From NCBI GenBank assembly GCA_965215505.1, contig OZ244065.1:1824001-1888000 (forward strand): DNA of 64,000 bases, written 5' to 3'. The translations under genes and the position numbers were made by a program. The stretch comes from Capsulimonadaceae bacterium. GTDB lineage: Bacteria > Armatimonadota > Armatimonadia > Armatimonadales > Capsulimonadaceae. Positions 60,201-64,000 of this stretch are shown piece by piece. The notes beneath the pieces are model-generated. The model searched no databases and was not told the origin of the DNA. It saw nothing but the letters and a program-made list of their open reading frames with translations. Position 1 is the stretch's first letter. The number at the start of each line of letters is the position of its first letter.

Positions 60201-60511
60201 ACGTAGCGCGCGCCGCGTATGTCGGTCATGCGCTCCTCGATGGGTTTGGAGATGTAGGTTTCCATCTCCTGCGCCGACAGTCCGGGCTGCATGGTGACGA
60301 TGCCGACCAGGGGCGACTCGACGTAGGGCATCATGCGTCGGGGCATGACGCCGCCGAAGACGGCCCAGAGCGCCAGCAGGACGACGGCGGCATAGAAAGC
60401 GATCACCACCCAGGGGTGCCGGATGGCCCAGGCCGAGACGTTAAAGCCGCGCGAAGCCTTGCCGTTCGGGGAGTGCCCATTGCGAAGTCCGTTCGTGTTC
60501 TGCATCATCAT
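57200..60511 (-). CDS. RND efflux permease (AcrB/CusA family, Met-rich)
   Basis: IG.LVDDS, RLRPILMTA, LP.AL; 12-TM RND layout. Confidence 0.9.
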   Translation of the reverse strand: MMMQNTNGLRNGHSPNGKASRGFNVSAWAIRHPWVVIAFYAAVVLLALWAVFGGVMPRRMMPYVESPLVGIVTMQPGLSAQEMETYISKPIEERMTDIRGARYVRSTSQDGLSIVSLEFPYGTDMKKAQADVQSVMNAAQADLPQTGANLKPSWVLPIDPLNIPVLSLSLTGDPDKGWTQTALRQFAENEGVRALKQVPNVQSVEVYGGLKRQLRIVVNRDKLAAYGYSILDVRDAVDKNSVAKPAGVLTGGLNESIVRVAGLAQNAQTVADYPLGAKDGRVVYLRDVAAVTDDAREQRSGYEFVDGQRHTIEGLGNSAVEMAVIQDPAAGSPPVIAAVQAQVTPLESDHPGLHFRVAYDNAHFVNILFHNTGEELAVAIGLCGLAVLFFLGSGRATLISVITIPVSMAMAILLMVPFGFSLNSSTLIGLLVSIGRLVDDSVIDIHAVERHLKMGKDPKTATVDGITEVRLAVAASTLMLVLALLPLVFCGGITQLMFVGLVYPIIFGLIASFLVSLTLTAVLASKLLRQEDALERRGWFARSVLAPTQRGLGRLDDRYQGLVRLLLRNKFSVVAAAVCTIIVGFGFYHFIGSEMMPLADVGQAYGVLEMEPGASYAQTQAATNALEKIMLRHREIEKVSTEIGAEPGGTYFTGYAMSQVNSATMMITLSDKDARAATVWQVIDAVQKEALATIPNVRRLQIKEMGSDVMASSEAPVTVLVTGPDLNVLSKLAGQVADVARRTPGAYQVSTSWAVEKPSYTLTVDPRRAAEIGLTPADVADQAYYAMGGALADEFYRLPNVRQDTINIRYAGIQRRSVYDLMQMPITGKSEAGDAVQVPLKTLATATSQLAPTLIQHDGLRRSVSVLAYYRKGGPPSMDLAMTIITKASSALNFPPGYSLEMRGDMTQMMDSFARLLRGLEIAVLLIFLVLVAQFGGPLAPLQMVLSVPLELTGVFLGLWLAHQAFSSVSIMAVIVLTGMDITTAILLIDQIRRRRAERNLPRDEAIALACRDRLRPILMTALITIITMLPVALAPRTGMDAYQPLGTVIVAGLTVGTALSLLVIPVMHAIVDDIGRWATRRRPAPDVGVQTPVAVHTERDYA

Positions 60512-62310
60512 ATCCCGGCCCTCGCGGGGACAAGCCGACCGCCGTCCATCGGGTCAATATAGTTGTGCTTCCTGGCATCCGCTTCGGAGTAGGTCATGCC
60601 GCACTTCTCGCAGCGGTAGACGGTCTGGCTGCCTGTTGCCGCAGCCGCCGTCGGGAGGGTCGCCGGACCGCCCGCGCCCCAGGCCGTCGCTACCACCTGC
60701 GCTCCCTCGTTCAGCCCCGCCTGCCCCTGCGTTACGACCCGCGCCGCTGCGCTCAGGGCGTCGGAGGATACCTCGGTCCAGGTGCCGTCGCTGGCCCCAA
60801 CCCGCACCGCGACCTGATGCGCGGTCAGCCCCGTGCCGGGCGATGCGGCCTGCGCGCCCTTGACGGGGATGAGTCTGCCGCCGTCCATCGGGTCTTGGTA
60901 GTTGAACTTCTTCGCCTGCGCCGCAGAGTAGTGCATATGGCAGACGGAACACTCGTACACCTGGCCTGCCGACGCCGCGCCGCCCGCCGCCGTCCAGACG
61001 GAGGACTGACCGCCCTGCGTCAAGACGGCGGAGGCGGGCACGAGCAGCTTGTCGGCCACCGTGTTCTTGCTGATCTGCATCGTCACGAACGCGCCGGGCA
61101 TTAGGCGATGACCAGGATTGGAGACGACCGCTTCCACGACCGCCGTTCGGGTCTGACCACTGGCGGCGGGGAAGACCGAGGAGAGGCGGGCCGCGATTGT
61201 CTTGCCGCCGCCGTCCCCCTGCACCGTGATCGTGACCGGTGAGCCGGCATGAACATCGGCCACGTCCTCCACAGCCACATTCGCCTGCACCCGGACGCGG
61301 TCTATTTCGGCGATCTTCAGGAGGACCATCCCCGGCTGCACCAGCGTTCCGGGCGCGATGGGGCGGGCGGTCACCACGCCGCCGAACGGGGCGGTGATGC
61401 GGGCGTAGCCCTGCTGGACGGCGGCGGCCTGCGCGGCGGCCTGCGCCGCCGACGCGCCCGCTTCGGCCTGATCCGACTGCCCCTGGGCGACGGCGATGTC
61501 CGCCTGCGCCATCCGCTCCCCCGCCGAGGCGGCGGCCACTTGGCTCGCGGCGGCCCGGACTTTGGCGACCGCCGAGGCCGCCGTGGCGCGGGCCTGGCTC
61601 ACCTTCGCCTGGGCCTGGGCGAGCGCCGCCACAGCAGCCTGCGCCTGCGATTGTTCGTTCTGATACTCCTGCTGTGAAACCGCTCCCGCATCGGCGAGCT
61701 GCTTCTCGCGCCCGATCTCCGTCTTCCAGTAGTCAGCACTAGCCTGGACGCTCACCACCCCCGCCTGGGCGTCCGCAATCGCGGATTGGTCCGCCGACGC
61801 CGAAGCCTGGGCGTCCGCCACCCCGAGGCGGGCGGCCTCCACCTGGGCCGATGCCTGGTCGAGTGCGGCCTGGTGGTGTCCGTAGTGTGTCAGGTGGGCG
61901 ACCCGCGCGCCGAGCCGGGCCTGCCGCGCCTGGGCCTCCGCCTGGGCGGCCTGCGGGCCGACCTGGGAGGTGTCCAGCCGGGCCACGAGTTGACCCGCCC
62001 GCGCCAAGTCACCGGGGTACAGCGGCAAGGACAGGACGGTCCCCGTGATGCGGGGGCTGATGTCCTGTTCATTGTAGGCCAGGACACTACCGGTGTAAGT
62101 GACTGTGTCTGCCAGGGAGCTTGACCGCACGGAGGCCAGGGCGACGGGGGCCGCGCCCGTGGGCGGGCGCATCTGGGACATGTCCATGGCCTGGGCGGAG
62201 AGGACATCGAGCTGACCTGGCTTATGATAATGCTGCACGGCCCAGGCCGTGCCCAGCGCGGCGGCGGCAAGGGAAGCGATGCCGAGGCTGTTCTTGATCC
62301 AGGTGTTCAT
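60508..62310 (-). CDS. RND periplasmic adaptor (MFP) with two Cys/Met metal-binding-like motifs
   Basis: Lipoyl-like ITAPFGGVV, Ala-rich coiled coil; Y.C..C.M.YS...A...NY.DPMDGGRL x2. Confidence 0.88.
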   Translation of the reverse strand: MNTWIKNSLGIASLAAAALGTAWAVQHYHKPGQLDVLSAQAMDMSQMRPPTGAAPVALASVRSSSLADTVTYTGSVLAYNEQDISPRITGTVLSLPLYPGDLARAGQLVARLDTSQVGPQAAQAEAQARQARLGARVAHLTHYGHHQAALDQASAQVEAARLGVADAQASASADQSAIADAQAGVVSVQASADYWKTEIGREKQLADAGAVSQQEYQNEQSQAQAAVAALAQAQAKVSQARATAASAVAKVRAAASQVAAASAGERMAQADIAVAQGQSDQAEAGASAAQAAAQAAAVQQGYARITAPFGGVVTARPIAPGTLVQPGMVLLKIAEIDRVRVQANVAVEDVADVHAGSPVTITVQGDGGGKTIAARLSSVFPAASGQTRTAVVEAVVSNPGHRLMPGAFVTMQISKNTVADKLLVPASAVLTQGGQSSVWTAAGGAASAGQVYECSVCHMHYSAAQAKKFNYQDPMDGGRLIPVKGAQAASPGTGLTAHQVAVRVGASDGTWTEVSSDALSAAARVVTQGQAGLNEGAQVVATAWGAGGPATLPTAAAATGSQTVYRCEKCGMTYSEADARKHNYIDPMDGGRLVPARAGI

Positions 62311-62437
62311 CGTTTGCGTGGTGCCTTCCCAGGGTTAGACCCCTGGGCTAATTAGTGGAAGACGGGACGTGAGGGCGCGAATCAGCCGGTCCCGTCAGCG
62401 TGTGACGAAGTGCGGGTGTGAGTGCAAGTAGGCGGGT

Positions 62438-62983
62438 TCAGGCGGCGGGGGGCGCACGGAGGCCGTGCAAGGCGGGTGCGGCGTGTGGGGACAGAGTGAC
62501 GGTGTGCGTCCAGGAAGTGACGCGGGCGGTGCGGGGGGCGGAGACAGCAACGGGGGCAGACTGGGGCGGTGCAAGTGCGGGTGAGGCTGTCAGGAGCCAG
62601 CGCGAGCGGTGGACGACCGGCGGGGCCGACACGGGGGCGGAGACGTGGATGGAGACGACGCAGGGGCGCGTCGAGAAGGCGGTGCGGGCCGGGGAGGAGA
62701 CTGCGAGCGAGGCGATGCTGCCGTGGTACGGCTGCCCCATCGGACATCCTTGCATGGGGGCGCGTCCGGCTTGCATCGAGCGGCAGCAGGACATCAAGGC
62801 CCCGTAAACCTGCTTCTCGGTGAGGCCGGCGGGAAGTTCGGCGCGGGCACACGGGGCGGATTTCGGGGATGCTCCCACGCAGCGCATCTGCGCCTCCGCC
62901 CGTCCAGGCAAGGGCGTCCACGAGGAAACCGCGAGTAGCAGCGCCAGGAAGAGGGTGATGAACTTGTAGGGTCGGCACCGCAT
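62438..62983 (-). CDS. DUF2946/CruR-like leader protein (TM, Cys-rich, C-terminal RAPP)
   Basis: Hydrophobic N-terminus, MSCC, GCPM, ends HGLRAPPAA; directly upstream of the RND operon. Confidence 0.6.
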   Translation of the reverse strand: MRCRPYKFITLFLALLLAVSSWTPLPGRAEAQMRCVGASPKSAPCARAELPAGLTEKQVYGALMSCCRSMQAGRAPMQGCPMGQPYHGSIASLAVSSPARTAFSTRPCVVSIHVSAPVSAPPVVHRSRWLLTASPALAPPQSAPVAVSAPRTARVTSWTHTVTLSPHAAPALHGLRAPPAA

Positions 62984-63169
62984 GATTACCCAGAGTATAC
63001 CTGCAAAGGGCCGGACAAGTTCCCACGGCGTGCCCGTCATGATGCTGGGTTTGCCAGGCAGGCGGAACATTTTTCGGCACGACGCCGTCGGTAGAAGCGT
63101 GGACGACAACGAGGCGTCAAGCACCCCATGTCCATGAACAAACGCCCAACATCCATGAAGGATAACACC

Positions 63170-63472
63170 ATGAAGATCTCGATCACGAATATTCTGGCCC
63201 TCGGCGGCCTGTGCGCCCTGCTTGCGGGGTCGGCCGGGGCGGCTTCCGCTCAGGCCTACGGCGGCCCTGGGATGCACCCCGGCGCGATGCACGCGCGCCG
63301 CCATATCCAGGGGCTGAAGGCGGCCTACGCCCACGACGTGGCGACCGGCCACTACAGGGCGGCGCAGCGGGCGCATCTGAAGGCGCGCGCCATCCGCCAG
63401 CACGTCCGGGCGCACCGGGAGATGATGCACTCAGACATGCACCGCGACATGCACCACGATCACGGGATGTAA
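63170..63472 (+). CDS. Small secreted His/Met-rich protein
   Basis: Signal peptide ending ASA; tail MMHSDMHRDMHHDHGM. Confidence 0.6.
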   Translation: MKISITNILALGGLCALLAGSAGAASAQAYGGPGMHPGAMHARRHIQGLKAAYAHDVATGHYRAAQRAHLKARAIRQHVRAHREMMHSDMHRDMHHDHGM

Positions 63473-63660
63473 GTGGACGCCGCTCGCCCCGGAGAGTTTC
63501 CCGACAGGCCGACAGGCCGCGCAGAACCAGTTCTGCGCGGCCTGTGCGCGTTTCGGCTTCGTCAACCGGCGTTTGAAACGCCGCATGTGCTGGTATCAAT
63601 GGCAGAGCCGCGGGGCCACGGCCCTGCTGGAAGAAACACAGCACAGGAAGAATCAAGACC

Positions 63661-64000
63661 ATGATACAGAGTACCGGGTACGCGACCCAGGACGCGAAAA
63701 CGCCGCTGACGCCGTTCCAATTCGAGCGGGAGGAGCCGGGGGCGACGGACGTCCAGATCGCCATCCACTACTGCGGCGTCTGCCACTCGGACCTGCACCA
63801 AGTCCGCAACGAGTGGGGCAATACCGTCTACCCCTGCTTGCCGGGCCATGAGATCGTCGGCCGGGTGGTGAAGGCCGGCGCAAGCGTGACCAAGTTCAAA
63901 GAGGGGGACCTGGTCGGCGTCGGCTGCATGGTAGGCTCGTGCGGGAAATGCGAGGCGTGCAAGGAAGGGATCGAGCAGTACTGCGAAGGCCCGCACGGCT
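63661..64000 (+). CDS. Zn-dependent NAD(P) alcohol dehydrogenase (cinnamyl-alcohol dehydrogenase-like), 3' partial
   Basis: YCGVCHSDLH, PGHEIVG, VGVGC...C..C..C....EQYC. Confidence 0.9.
   Translation, partial: MIQSTGYATQDAKTPLTPFQFEREEPGATDVQIAIHYCGVCHSDLHQVRNEWGNTVYPCLPGHEIVGRVVKAGASVTKFKEGDLVGVGCMVGSCGKCEACKEGIEQYCEGPHG

Overview
High-GC bacterial chromosomal window. The PEP-CTERM tail, DUF1559 prepilin-like gene and 'LW..G..SLW' repeat protein suggest Armatimonadota (Capsulimonas-like); this assignment is an inference. Left part (1-24 kb): DUF790-like nuclease, an intact IS5/ISL2-group IS, a large secreted beta-propeller repeat protein, a degraded type IIG R-M gene, a PAS-GGDEF-HD-GYP protein, housekeeping genes, tRNA-Lys(CTT) with a downstream HNH gene, tRNA-Arg(TCG) and many REP-like palindromes. 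Centre (24.2-42.7 kb): a co-oriented, AraC-controlled locus combining a GH127/GH146 beta-L-arabinofuranosidase, the complete 4-hydroxyproline catabolic pathway, DUF885, DUF1559 and DUF5695 genes, and a Tat-exported S9 peptidase. The peptidase carries a C-terminal von Hippel-Lindau (VHL)-like beta domain that keeps the hydroxyproline-binding pocket residues. Together this looks like a system for degrading hydroxyproline-rich glycoproteins (extensin/algal wall), with a bacterial Hyp-reader domain. Right part: an Lrp-associated guanidine/urea carboxylase cluster with twin promoters and shared leader hairpins, a metal RND efflux operon preceded by a RAPP-motif leader ORF, and a partial alcohol dehydrogenase. 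All family assignments come from motif recognition by eye; no database searches were run.
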